A DNA stretch of 64,000 bases from contig CAWDRG010000018.1 in assembly GCA_963804645.1 (NCBI GenBank), positions 1 through 64,000 of the forward strand, written 5' to 3'. The DNA comes from an uncultured Bacillota bacterium. GTDB lineage: Bacteria > Sysuimicrobiota > Sysuimicrobiia > Sysuimicrobiales > Segetimicrobiaceae. A model generated the notes under the pieces. The model was not told the origin of the DNA, made no database searches, and worked only from the letters and a program-made list of their open reading frames with translations. Below, one piece after another: positions 22,901 to 30,555 of this stretch. Within the stretch, counting starts at the first letter, position 1. Each line of letters opens with the position of its first letter. The position numbers and the translations under genes were made by a program.

Positions 22901-25900
22901 GATCAGTCCGAACGCCGCCACGACGCTGACCCTGTCCGGCGTTCTCAGCGGGGCGGGGGGCCTGACCCTCGACGGCGCCGGGACCCTGGTGCTCTCCGGC
23001 GCCAATACGTTCACCGGCGGTGCCACGGTCGCCGCCGGGACGCTCAGCGTGAGCGCGGACAACAACCTCGGTGCCCCCGCCAATGCGCTGATCCTGAACG
23101 GCGGAACGCTCGTGACGACGGGGTCGTTCGCCTCCGCCCGGGCCGTGACCCTCGGCGGCGGCACAATCAGTCCGAACGCCGCCACGACGCTCACTCTGTC
23201 CGGGATCCTCAGCGGCGCGGGCGGCCTGACCCTCAACGGCGCCGGGACGCTTCTTCTCTCCAACGCCAGCAACAGCTATACCGGCGGGAACACGATTACG
23301 GCCGGCACCCTCAGCGTGGGGGCGGACGCCGACCTGGGCGCCGCGGCCAACACGGTGACGCTCAACGGCGGGGCGCTCGCGACCACAGGGACGTTCACAT
23401 CGGGGCGGACGGTGATGGTGGGGGCGGGGGATGGCGCGTTCAGCCCGAGCGGCGGGACGACGCTGACCCTGTCGGGCGTGCTGAACGGCGCCGGCGCGCT
23501 GGCGCTGACCGGGCCGGGAACGGTCGTGCTGACCGGAAACGGCAGCGGGGCCACGGGGACGTTCACGGTCACCAGCGGGACACTGGGTGTCGGCACGAGT
23601 GCGATGCCGGGGGCGGTGTACGGCGGAAGCGTCGCAGTGCAGGCGGGTGGGACGCTCGCCGGCTACGGGACGGTGAGCGGAAGCGTCACCAACGCGGGTA
23701 CGGTCACGGCCGGCGGGACGCCGGGGACAATCGGGACGCTCACGGTCTCGGGGAACTACACGCAGGGGGCGGGGGGCACGCTGGGGATCGAAGCGAATCC
23801 CGCGACGGCGAGTGAATTCGCGGTCACCGGGTCCGCGTCGCTCGGCGGGACGCTGGCGCTGACGTTCGACGCGGGGGCGTATACGGTAGGAACGCAATAC
23901 ACGCTGCTGACGGCGGCGGGAGGTGTCTCGGGGACGTTCCAATCACTCACGCAGGGCGGGGCGAGCATCGGGGCGCTCACCCCGGAGTTGACCTACCAGG
24001 CGAACGCGGTGGAACTGACGCTGGCCGCAGGGCTCTGCTCGGGCAGCCCGGTGCTGGATTGCGAGGTGCCGTCGAACAACACGGCACTCCTGGCGACGCA
24101 GGTCACCGCGACGACCCTGGACCTCAACACACAGAATCCCAACACTGGCACGCTCGTACTCTCGGCGGGCAATAACCAGCAGACGAGCACGAACGTGATC
24201 GCCGGCACGCTCAGTATCAGCAACGCTGGCAACCTCGGCTCCGCGGTGGGGGCGCTGACGCTGGGCGGGACGCAGATGGGCGGCGGAGCCACGACCGGGA
24301 CGCTGCTGATGACGGCCGGGATCAGCTGGGCCGGGAGCATCGCCACCGCGGGAACCGGCGGGACGCTCCTGGTGAGCACGGGCCAAGCGAGCACGCTGTC
24401 GGGGACCGTCAATGATGCGGCGGGCCTGACGGTCGGGAACGCGTTGAACACGGGGACCCTGACGCTCTCGGGGGTGGTGAGCGGCGCGGGCGGCGTGACT
24501 GTAGGCGGCGGCACGTTGGTGTTGAGTGGGGTGAACACGTATCAGGGTGGGACGACGGTGACGGGCGGCGGCACGGTGAGCGTGACGACGGACGCGAACC
24601 TGGGCAATGCCGCGGGGGGTCTGACGCTCGACAACGGGACGCTCGGGCTCGCGGGGGCCGGCTTCACGTCGGCGCGCGGGGTGACGCTGAACGCGGGGGG
24701 CGGGACGGTCAACACCAACGGATTCACCGGGACGCTGTCGGGCGTGGTCGGCGGCGTGGGTGCGCTCACGGTCACGAGCGGCGGCACGCTGGTGTTGAGT
24801 GGGGTGAACACGTATCAGGGTGGGACGATGGTGACGGGCGGCGGCACGGTGAGCGTGACGACGGACGCAAACCTGGGCAATGCCGCGGGGGGCCTGACGC
24901 TCGACAACGGGACGCTCGGGCTCGCGGGGGCCGGCTTCACGTCGGCGCGCGGGGTGACGCTGAACGCGGGGGGCGGGACGGTCAACACCAACGGATTCAC
25001 CGGGACGCTGTCGGGCATCATCGGCGGGCCCGGGGCGCTCACGGTGAGCGGGGGTGGGACGCTCACGGTGAGCGGCGCGAACACGTACGGGGGTGGGACC
25101 ACGGTCGCGGCGGGCACGACACTCATTGGGACGACGACGAGCCTTCAGGGTGCCATCGCGGACAGCGGCACGGTCGAATTCAACCAGGCGGGCGCCGGCA
25201 CGTACGCCGAGGTGCTGAGCGGTAGTGGCGCCCTGACGATCATGGGTGGAGGCATCCTCACGCTGAGTGGTGTGAACACGTACACGGGCGGGACCACGGT
25301 CGCGGCGGGCACGACGCTCATCGGGACGACCACGAGCGTGCAGGGCAATATCGTGAACGCCGGCACGGTGGAGTTCAACCAAGCGGGGGCGGGCACGTAC
25401 AGCGGGGTGCTGAGCGGCACCGGCGCGCTGGCTATCATCGGCGGCGGCACCGTCACGCTAAGCGGAACGAACAGCTACAGCGGCGGTACCACGGTTACGG
25501 GCAGCACGGTGGCGATCGCGAGCGACGCGAATCTCGGTGCGCCCGCGAGCGTGCTGACCCTGAATAACGGGACCCTGCAGCTGGCGGGGACTCTTGTGTT
25601 GGCGCGGAATGTGACGTTGAACGCGGGCGGCGGGACGGTCAACACGAACGGGTTCACGGGGACGCTGGCTGGCGCCCTGTCGGGAGCCGGCGGCCTGACC
25701 GTGACCGGGGACGGGACGCTGATCCTCACGGGCGCGAACGGCTACACGGGTGGAACGACTATCAACAGCGGCACGCTCGTCGTCGGTACCGGCGCGACGG
25801 GCAGCATCCTCGGCCCCGTGACGGTCAACGCCGGGGGCACGCTACGTGGTGTTGGGACGATCAACGGGGCGGTCACGAATGTCGCGGGGACCGTGATGCC

Positions 25901-27395
25901 GGGAAGCGGCAATGGTGTCGGGACGCTCACGATTACCGGGGCCTACACGCAGGGGGCGGGTGGCACGTTCGCCGCTGAATTGACTCCGGGCTCGGCGGAC
26001 AAGTTGAGCGTCGGCGGGGCGGCCGCGGTGGCGGGAACGCTGAGCCTCACGTTCGATCCAGGGACGTACGCGACGGGGCAGTACACGCTGCTGAACGCAG
26101 CCGGTGGGCTGAGCGGGACGTTCGGGACGGTGGACACCATCGGCAACCTGTTCGTGCAGTACACGCTCGGCTACACCCCTGATGCGTTGGTGCTGACGAT
26201 CGGGAACGTGTTCAACTTCAGCAACTTCGCCCAGACGCCGAATCAGATCGCGGTGGCGCAGGTGCTCGATGCCGCGGCCCCCACCGCGAGCGGCGATCTC
26301 CAGACGGTACTGACCGCGCTGACCTCCCTGTCGACGGGAGACCAGGTCCGCGCGGCGCTCGACGCGCTCACCGGTGTGGTGTACACGAGCCTCCCCACCG
26401 TCACTGCCGAGGATACGTGGTCGGCGATGGACCTGGTCTTCCAGCACCTCAGCGACGTCCAGAGCGGCACCAGCGCGGCCACGCCCGCGCTGACCGCGTT
26501 CGCGCCGGGACTTGGCGGCCAGGCTGGTCCCGTGACGTGGGCCGGCGCCGAGCCGGGCGATCCGACGGGATGGCTGACGCCGCTCACCAGCACGCAGACG
26601 CTGCAGGGGACGGCCAACGCGCCGGGGTTCACGAACCAGAGCACCGGCCTTCTACTCGGATACGATCACGCCGCGGGGCCGCACCTTACCTGGGGGTATG
26701 CGGCGGGGACGTGGCAGTCCTCGCTCAGCCTCGCGAACGGCAACGGGACGGCGGGCATCACGACCGTGGTCGCCGCGGCGTACGGCGGCTACACCACAGG
26801 CGCGTTCGAGGCGCGCGGGCTCGTGGGGTACGGGGTGAATAACTTCCAGACGACTCGGCCGATCAACTTCGGGGACCTGTCTAGGACCGCGACAGCATCG
26901 GGAAGCGGGAACGAGATCATGGCCGGGCTCGAGGCCGACTACCGGCTGCACGTGGGGGCGGTGACCGTGCGGCCGACGCTGGGTCTCCAGTACGTCCACC
27001 TCACCGAACCCGCGTTCACGGAGTCGGGGGCCGGGTCGATCGATCTGGGTGTTAACGCCGTGACGGAGGATTGGCTGCAGGGGCTCGCGGGCGTCCGCCT
27101 CGACTACGAGCAGACCACGGCGGCGGGGACCCAGATCACCTACACGCTGCACGCGGAGTACACGACGCTCGCGACGGAGCCCGTCCCGCAGATTCAGACA
27201 GTGCTGCTTGGCGCGGCGGCGGCGGGGCCGTTCATCACGACGGGGATCACCGCCGCGCCGAACGCCGTCGGTGCGGGGGCCCGCATCACGCTCCACGCCT
27301 CCGACCGCTATGACCTGTACGCCGGCTACGACGCGGCATGGAGCAGCAACGAGACCAACCAGACCTTCAGCGCCGGACTCATTGTCCACTTCTGA
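13689..27395 (+). CDS. Giant type Va autotransporter/adhesin 2, main part (reconstructed gene 11296..27395, ~5366 aa)
   Basis: 4568-aa ORF of passenger repeats, with a linker and barrel nearly identical to autotransporter 1 and a terminal FSAGLIVHF. Confidence 0.92.
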   Translation: MGGGAFQPDSGDTLTLSGLLSGAGGLTLNGAGTLILSDASNSFTGNVTITAGNLSVAADGDLGAAANTVTLNGGALVTTAGFTSARNMTLGGGAFTTNAVGFTVSGVLSGAGGLTENGTGQLILTGTNTFTGGVTISGGEVEISADNNLGNAANNITLSGNGRVRAVATFASARNITLGAGGGNLTSFGGGQVLTLSGVISGSGALTALNGAGTLVLSGTNTYTGGTIVQFQTTQISADANLGAAAGGLTLNGGSLITTATFSSARAVTLGGATFAPSAATTLTLSGVLSSTGGLKLNGAGTLLLSGTNTFTGGVTMTAGNLSVDADANLGNAANTVTLNGGALEANATFASARSITLGGGAFQPDGGATLTLSGLLSGSSGLKVNGAGTLLLSDASNSFTGNVTITAGNLSVGADADLGAGANTVTLNGGALEANATFASARSVTLGGGAFQPDSGDTLTLSGLLSGAGGLKLNGAGTLVLSDASNSYTGGTTITNGTLSVGVDADMGAGANIVTLNGGTLNTTTTFTSARNVTLGGGAFGPSSGTGLTLSGVLSGSGGLTANGPGNLSPTNTNTFTGGVTINAGVVNWTADANFGNASNAITLNGGQLDVRATFTSARNIILGGGNLNTGLGNPITLTGVISSVGSPGFLINGGGGAVVFTGTNTYQGGTTIGFNYAAGYLSISADANLGNASGGVTLTEGFLDTTATFSSARAFTLNGGDFNPSSGTVFTISGLLSGSGGLILNGAGTLLLSDASNSYTGGNTITTGNLSVGANGDLGDAANTVTLNGGALEANATFTSARSITLGGGAFQPDSGATLTLSGLLSGSGGLTVNGAGTLLLSDASNSYTGNVTITAGNLSVGADADLGNAANTVTLNGGALEANVTFASARTLTLGGGAFQPDSGVTLTLSGTLSGSGGLTVNGAGTVVISGTNTVTNGVTVTTGTLQVSADNKLGNAANGVTLNAGTLLTTATFTTARAISLSGGGTIDASAGNLTQTGVISGSGGLTTAGGGAVVLSGTNTYTGGTTINANTTVSADANFGNAAGALTLADNVILQAKSSFSSARAVTLTGISNGTGFINELNGVTLTLTGVISGIGNLVEQSGGGTLVLSGTNTYQGGTILQPGTLSVGADANLGAASGGLTLNSGGTLKTTATFASARAVTLGGATISPSAATTLTLSGILSSTGGLTLNGAGTLLLSGTNTFTGGDTITAGNLSVGADANLGNAANTITLNGGALEANASFASARSITLGGGAFQPDSGATLTLSGLLSGSGGLTVNGAGTLLLTDASNNYTGGNTITTGNLSVGADADLGNAANTVTLNGGALEANATFASARNITLGGGAFQPDSGATLTLSGLLSSTGGLKLNGAGTLILSDASNSYTGGNTITTGNLSVGADADLGALANGVTFNGGALATTGSFTSARTVTAGAGGGTFTPSGGTTLTLSGTLTGSGALALNGAGLLLLTGTASGATGTFTVTSGTLEVGSAAIPGVTYGGNVAVQAAGTLAGHGTVSGNVTNGGTVAPGGTIGTLTVMGNYTQGAGDTLSIEANPATSSELVISGSASLAGTLALTFDAGTYTAGTEYTILTAAGGVTGTFGTLTQGGASIGLLTPVLSYQANAVDVTLDSGACTGPDPLDCEVPTGSTLPWVAQITATTLDLNTQSPNSGTMVLSNAANQQTSTNVIAGILSVSAAGNLGAALGALTLGGTQAGGGATNGTLSMTTGLVWAGSVATAGAGGTLLVSTGQTSTLSGNVTNAAGLTVGDAGDVGALTLSGNISGSGAVTVNGGTVVLSGTNSYTGGTTVTAGTLQVSADNNLGGAGAVTLNGGTLQSTATFASARAVTLGGGALSPNAATTLTLSGVLSGSVGLTLNAPGTLALSGTNTFTGGVTVTTGTLAVSADNNLGAAANTVTLNGGTLQTTVTFASARNVTLGGGALSPNAGTTLTLSGVLSGGVGLTLNAPGKLALTGANTFTGGVTVTSGTLDVSADTNLGAAANTVTLNGGTLESSGTFTSARTVTLGGGSISPDSGTALTLSAALGGTGGLALNGAGTLVLTGSNSFTGGVTVTSGTLDVSVDSDLGAAANTVTLNGGTLESSGSFTSARAVTLGGGTFSPDSATTLTLSGVLSGGGGLTLNGAGTLVLTSSNSFTGGVTVTAGTLSVGADANFGNGLNGVTLNGGTLATTATFGSSRTVTLGGGAISPSATTTLTLSGVLSGAGGLILNGAGTLILASGNAFTGGVTVTTGTLSVGADSDLGNAANAVTLNGGVLLSTATFTSARAVTLGGGVFSPSAATTLTLSGALGGAGGLTLNGAGTLILSDASNNYTGGNTLTAGTLSVGADGDLGAPANGVTFNGGTLATTGTFTSSRTVTAGAGGGTFTPTGGTTLTLSGTLTGSGDLALNGAGMLLLTGTAGGATGTFTVTSGTLEVGSAAIPGVTYGGNVAVQAGGTLAGHGTVSGNVTNAGTVAPGGTIGTLTVTGNYTQGAGDALSIEANPAMASELVVSGSASLAGTLALTFDPGAYTAGTEYTVLTAAGGVTGTFGTLTVGGASLGLLTPELSYQATAVDVTLEPGACTGPDPLDCEVPTGGTLPWAAQITATTLDLNTQSPNSGMLMLTALNNQQTSNNVIAGTLSVSDARNLGSAAGALTLGGTQTGGGATNGALLMTGAITWAGSVTTAGAGGTLLVATGQTSTLSGAVADAAGLTVGSAGDTGILILSGVVSGAGGVTVSGGTLTLSGTNTYQGGTTLTAGTLEVSADSNLGNAPGPLTLNGGTLAVTSGGFGTSARPITLAGSGGTISNGGNNATFSGMISGPGTLVLAGAGTTTLSGANTYTGGTTVTGGTVSVASPSNLGAASGTLTLNGATLLINAGGFGTLSQTIALNGGGTLNNGGNAAVFSGVVSGNGGLTDAGAGTTTLSGTNTYTGGTTVTAGTLSVSADNNLGDPANALILSGGTLVTTGSFASARAVTLGGGTISPNAATTLTLSGVLSGAGGLILNGAGTLVLSGVNTFTGGATVAAGTLSVGADNNLGDPANALILNGGTLVTTGSFASARSVALGGGTISPNAATTLTLSGVLSGAGGLTLDGAGTLVLSGANTFTGGATVAAGTLSVSADNNLGAPANALILNGGTLVTTGSFASARAVTLGGGTISPNAATTLTLSGILSGAGGLTLNGAGTLLLSNASNSYTGGNTITAGTLSVGADADLGAAANTVTLNGGALATTGTFTSGRTVMVGAGDGAFSPSGGTTLTLSGVLNGAGALALTGPGTVVLTGNGSGATGTFTVTSGTLGVGTSAMPGAVYGGSVAVQAGGTLAGYGTVSGSVTNAGTVTAGGTPGTIGTLTVSGNYTQGAGGTLGIEANPATASEFAVTGSASLGGTLALTFDAGAYTVGTQYTLLTAAGGVSGTFQSLTQGGASIGALTPELTYQANAVELTLAAGLCSGSPVLDCEVPSNNTALLATQVTATTLDLNTQNPNTGTLVLSAGNNQQTSTNVIAGTLSISNAGNLGSAVGALTLGGTQMGGGATTGTLLMTAGISWAGSIATAGTGGTLLVSTGQASTLSGTVNDAAGLTVGNALNTGTLTLSGVVSGAGGVTVGGGTLVLSGVNTYQGGTTVTGGGTVSVTTDANLGNAAGGLTLDNGTLGLAGAGFTSARGVTLNAGGGTVNTNGFTGTLSGVVGGVGALTVTSGGTLVLSGVNTYQGGTMVTGGGTVSVTTDANLGNAAGGLTLDNGTLGLAGAGFTSARGVTLNAGGGTVNTNGFTGTLSGIIGGPGALTVSGGGTLTVSGANTYGGGTTVAAGTTLIGTTTSLQGAIADSGTVEFNQAGAGTYAEVLSGSGALTIMGGGILTLSGVNTYTGGTTVAAGTTLIGTTTSVQGNIVNAGTVEFNQAGAGTYSGVLSGTGALAIIGGGTVTLSGTNSYSGGTTVTGSTVAIASDANLGAPASVLTLNNGTLQLAGTLVLARNVTLNAGGGTVNTNGFTGTLAGALSGAGGLTVTGDGTLILTGANGYTGGTTINSGTLVVGTGATGSILGPVTVNAGGTLRGVGTINGAVTNVAGTVMPGSGNGVGTLTITGAYTQGAGGTFAAELTPGSADKLSVGGAAAVAGTLSLTFDPGTYATGQYTLLNAAGGLSGTFGTVDTIGNLFVQYTLGYTPDALVLTIGNVFNFSNFAQTPNQIAVAQVLDAAAPTASGDLQTVLTALTSLSTGDQVRAALDALTGVVYTSLPTVTAEDTWSAMDLVFQHLSDVQSGTSAATPALTAFAPGLGGQAGPVTWAGAEPGDPTGWLTPLTSTQTLQGTANAPGFTNQSTGLLLGYDHAAGPHLTWGYAAGTWQSSLSLANGNGTAGITTVVAAAYGGYTTGAFEARGLVGYGVNNFQTTRPINFGDLSRTATASGSGNEIMAGLEADYRLHVGAVTVRPTLGLQYVHLTEPAFTESGAGSIDLGVNAVTEDWLQGLAGVRLDYEQTTAAGTQITYTLHAEYTTLATEPVPQIQTVLLGAAAAGPFITTGITAAPNAVGAGARITLHASDRYDLYAGYDAAWSSNETNQTFSAGLIVHF

Positions 27396-27562
27396 GTACC
27401 GGGCCGGTACGACGCGCGCGAAAATCGGCCAAGAGCCGCTGCACGTGGTGCTCGCAGAAGCGGACGACCCGCGCCGCCTGGGGACCGTTACCGCGTCCCG
27501 GTGGACCTGAGTCAGGAAGTGTACGTGCTGCTGCTCCTTCTGAGTCAACGTGATCCGCCAGG

Positions 27563-27591
27563 TTGACGCGTGCGGACTCCCTCCATATACT
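27563..27591 (+). promoter_or_regulatory. Sigma70-type promoter of tRNA-Ile
   Basis: TTGACG-17 bp-TATACT, ending 13 bp upstream of the tRNA. Confidence 0.75.
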
Positions 27592-27604
27592 GGGGTAGTG
27601 CAAC

Positions 27605-27681
<77 letters not shown>

Positions 27682-28102
27682 TATTTATCAACGTTTCTGA
27701 ACGTGCGCTCACCGCGAAACGGGCCCCGATTTCATTAGCAACCGCCGCGGCCCGTGTTTGGGCTCGGGCGCTCGCGTGAGCGTACGTGGCGCTCACGCGG
27801 CTTCTACGGTCAGGGGAAAGTCCAAGGGACGGAAGGTCGACGCTTCCAAGTCAGCATCAACATCGTGGAGATCGGGAGCAAGCCCGAGGCGAAACCGCAG
27901 GGATGACGCAGCGCAGCGAACCGGCCACCTCCTACGGTGTGTACTCGATCACGGCGAGATAAACCGCACCCTTACATCTCGTCTACATCTCGTCGAAAAG
28001 TTGTCGGGTCCGGTATGATCGAAAACATGCCGCTCGTGCACCTTAGTTGCGTGGCGGTGTAAATCGAGGAAAATCGGGGGGACGGCTGCGGGTGTTCGAG
28101 CG

Positions 28103-28333
28103 ATGAAGCGATATCATTTCAGCCTTGGGAACTCAAAGGACGGCCCAATCGGCTACTGCGCCACGGTGCGGGCTGAGTCTAAGGAGCGGGCGTTGGAGAT
28201 CCTCAAACAGTCGCTCCTAGTGGAGATCCAGGTCTTCATCGAGCACCCGGCGGTCGAGCGCATGGAAGTGTACTTGAACGCCGATGCGGTGACGATCGAC
28301 GATATATGTATGGTGTCGGTGCCAGGCGCGTAA
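28103..28333 (+). CDS. Hypothetical protein (76 aa)
   Basis: ATG start and ordinary globular composition, unlike the Arg/Pro-rich shadow ORFs. Confidence 0.55.
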   Translation: MKRYHFSLGNSKDGPIGYCATVRAESKERALEILKQSLLVEIQVFIEHPAVERMEVYLNADAVTIDDICMVSVPGA

Positions 28334-28491
28334 ACCGAGTGACATATGTGCGGACCGGCAGGCATGGGAAGGAGATTACGCCGACGGGTCTGCCCTGCGT
28401 GGTCCATCGATCGGCAACCCGCAGAAACGAAAACGACGCCCTGACGGCGCCGTCTTCGTTCCATCGTCTTGGGGTCTTATCGCGTAGCCTT

Positions 28492-28660
28492 ATGGCGTCG
28501 TCGCATCAACTCGAGACCGATAGGACCACAGGGTTGGCATGGGCCGGTGCGGTCGTGCTCATTACCTTCGTGTACGGAACTATACGGCACGGTCCAGCAC
28601 GCGCTCCGGATGGGTGCTAACGATCCCCAGGTCCAATTGGCCGAGGGCTGGACGTCGCCA
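28492..28660 (+). pseudogene. Frameshifted, truncated remnant of a conserved membrane-anchored hypothetical (xQxxLRxxANDPQxQxAE type)
   Basis: Hydrophobic GAVVLITFVYGTI in one frame continues as YGTVQHALRMGANDPQVQLAEG in another. Motif recalled from memory, not searched. Confidence 0.45.
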
Positions 28661-28689
28661 GCGATGAGCGACCAGCGTAACCGAACAGC

Positions 28690-29592
28690 CTATCGCGTCG
28701 TCAGGAAGCCATGATACTGGTCGTGCGATTCAATGAACCATCCCACGATCTGCTTTGCATGATTGATGCTCGAGGCCGTGACCTCGACATCGGGCTGATC
28801 TGGAACGTCGATGGTGGCAAAGGCACCAGTCGCGGTACGCAGGAAGCCGTGTTCATCGCCGTCCGCGCCGTAAAACGTTCCGACGATGAGTCCGGCGTTA
28901 TTGATGCCATCGGCTATAGTGCCGTACGAGCCCGGAAAGTTCACGTTGATGGTCGTGAGTACGCCGGTCACGGCGCGCAAGAAGCCGTGGTGCTCGAGGT
29001 TCCCGAGGGGGCCGATTCCATACCATCCGACGATTTGCCCGGCATCGTTGATGCCGGTAGCAGCGGTGATGCTCGCCCTGGGGCCGTCAAAGACGGTAAA
29101 GGTCCCGCTGACAGCACGCAGGAAAGCGTGTTCCTTGCCGTCCGGGCGGAAGAAAGATCCCACGATCTGCCCGGCGGTGTTGATGACGGACGGCTGGGTG
29201 ACGATCGCGCCGGGGGCGTCGAAGGTTGTGAACGCGCCGGAGGGGGCGCGCACGAAGCCGTGGGTCTTGCCGCCTGCGTCAAATTGACCCACAATCCGCC
29301 CAGCATCGTTGATACCAGCAGCGTACGTCCCGGTTCCGCCGGGGATGTCAATGGTGGCAAACGCGCCGGTGGTGGCACGCAAAAAACCGTGGGTATTATC
29401 GCCCGCGTCGGTGAAGGCTCCGACCATTTGCCCGGCGTCGTTGATGCCCCCAACCTGGGTCCCCTTTGGGCCAGCATTGGGAGCGTCGATGATCGTAAAC
29501 GGAAATGATGTTGCCGGAGGGGTAGGAGGCGTGAGCCCTGTCAGCGCACACGCGATCAACACTGCCACCAGAGCCGCCCAAGATGGCCGCAT
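28690..29592 (-). CDS. Secreted protein with six GINDAGQIVG (HAF-like extracellular) repeats, probable beta-propeller
   Basis: GGAGG RBS before the ATG at 29592, signal peptide MRPSWAALVAVLIACALTG, six ~45-aa repeats xINxAGQIVG...HGFLR. Confidence 0.8.
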   Translation of the reverse strand: MRPSWAALVAVLIACALTGLTPPTPPATSFPFTIIDAPNAGPKGTQVGGINDAGQMVGAFTDAGDNTHGFLRATTGAFATIDIPGGTGTYAAGINDAGRIVGQFDAGGKTHGFVRAPSGAFTTFDAPGAIVTQPSVINTAGQIVGSFFRPDGKEHAFLRAVSGTFTVFDGPRASITAATGINDAGQIVGWYGIGPLGNLEHHGFLRAVTGVLTTINVNFPGSYGTIADGINNAGLIVGTFYGADGDEHGFLRTATGAFATIDVPDQPDVEVTASSINHAKQIVGWFIESHDQYHGFLTTR

Positions 29593-29913
29593 ACGATCTC
29601 CCTCCGTGCCCCGAAGGAGTGTCTGGACGAGCCAGGACCTACGTACCAGGACGCCCATTCATGCGACGCACGGGGTTCACCTTCCCCGGTCACCGTTGAA
29701 CGCTCGGTCGCAGCGCCGCAGCCGCGTCGATCCGCTCGATCGCGGCTGCCGGCTCGACGCTGAGCGGCGGGATGTTCCACACGCTCCCGATCTAGATCGC
29801 GCGGTTTCCGCTGGCCCTCCGTCGCCTACGCGGTTGTCGGATCAGCCGCATCTCTTGAGGAAGACGCGGATGGCCGGCTAAACCCCTCGATTATTCAAGG
29901 CGGCGAGTAACGG

Positions 29914-30555
29914 TCATTCGGGTGCGGTCCCCGGTGCCCCGTTCGTACTTGCTCCTTCACTGAGCGCATGGGCGTCGGCACGCGGAGGCGGGGACGCCCC
30001 GCCGTTGAACGACATGACGGCGGGCAACTTTACCGGGCTCAACGTCCTCTTTGCAATGACGATTCCTTCGCAACTCATGCTGCCGCTGCCTTGACACGAG
30101 CCGACACGGAGCTCGACGATCTTGCCGTCTCGCAAGGTGAGGATCGCGCCCGCAAGGGTAAGCGCGATGTTGATTTCAAAGCTCACACGTCCCAGCGGCG
30201 TGTTCGCGATGAGAACGTCGACGTACGGCTGCTGAATCGAGTTGATCGAGTGTGTGATCAACGGAACGACCACCAACTCATGGGGAGCATGCTTCGCGGC
30301 ATCGGTGAGTCCCGGTAGTGCGTGGGCGGTCGTCCACGCAGATTCAATGATCGAAGGGATCCCGCCATCGAGGAACTCGTTGGCCGCCTTCACGACTTCG
30401 GCAAACACAGCCGGCCAGGCGGCCTCTGGCACGCGGCGGGCGACGCGCGCTCGCAAGGACGCGATGCCCCCCGTCGACGCGACGGCTCCGTGCTGCTCCC
30501 CGGTCATCGGCGGACCATCAAAGAACCGGTCGAGCGTCGCCGAATCGTCAGACAT
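29914..30555 (-). CDS. Hypothetical protein (213 aa), translationally coupled to the upstream surface protein
   Basis: The ATG overlaps the upstream stop (ATGTCTGA); helical N-half and beta-rich C-half. Confidence 0.7.
   Translation of the reverse strand: MSDDSATLDRFFDGPPMTGEQHGAVASTGGIASLRARVARRVPEAAWPAVFAEVVKAANEFLDGGIPSIIESAWTTAHALPGLTDAAKHAPHELVVVPLITHSINSIQQPYVDVLIANTPLGRVSFEINIALTLAGAILTLRDGKIVELRVGSCQGSGSMSCEGIVIAKRTLSPVKLPAVMSFNGGASPPPRADAHALSEGASTNGAPGTAPE

Noticed and set aside
27420..27510. Peptide GQEPLHVVLAEADD, reminiscent of a DUF4258-type fragment
   Set aside because: Too short, no start, resemblance only from memory.
69..27548. Many long antisense and alternate-frame ORFs over the autotransporters (up to ~1000 aa)
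   Set aside because: Shadow ORFs caused by high GC and repetitive Gly/Thr/Ala codons; Pro/Val- or Arg-rich with no domains.
27875..27912. GAGCAAGCCC...GGGATGACGCA, faintly like a second GEMM aptamer
   Set aside because: P2 does not pair well, and the GCAAAG junction and P3 are missing.
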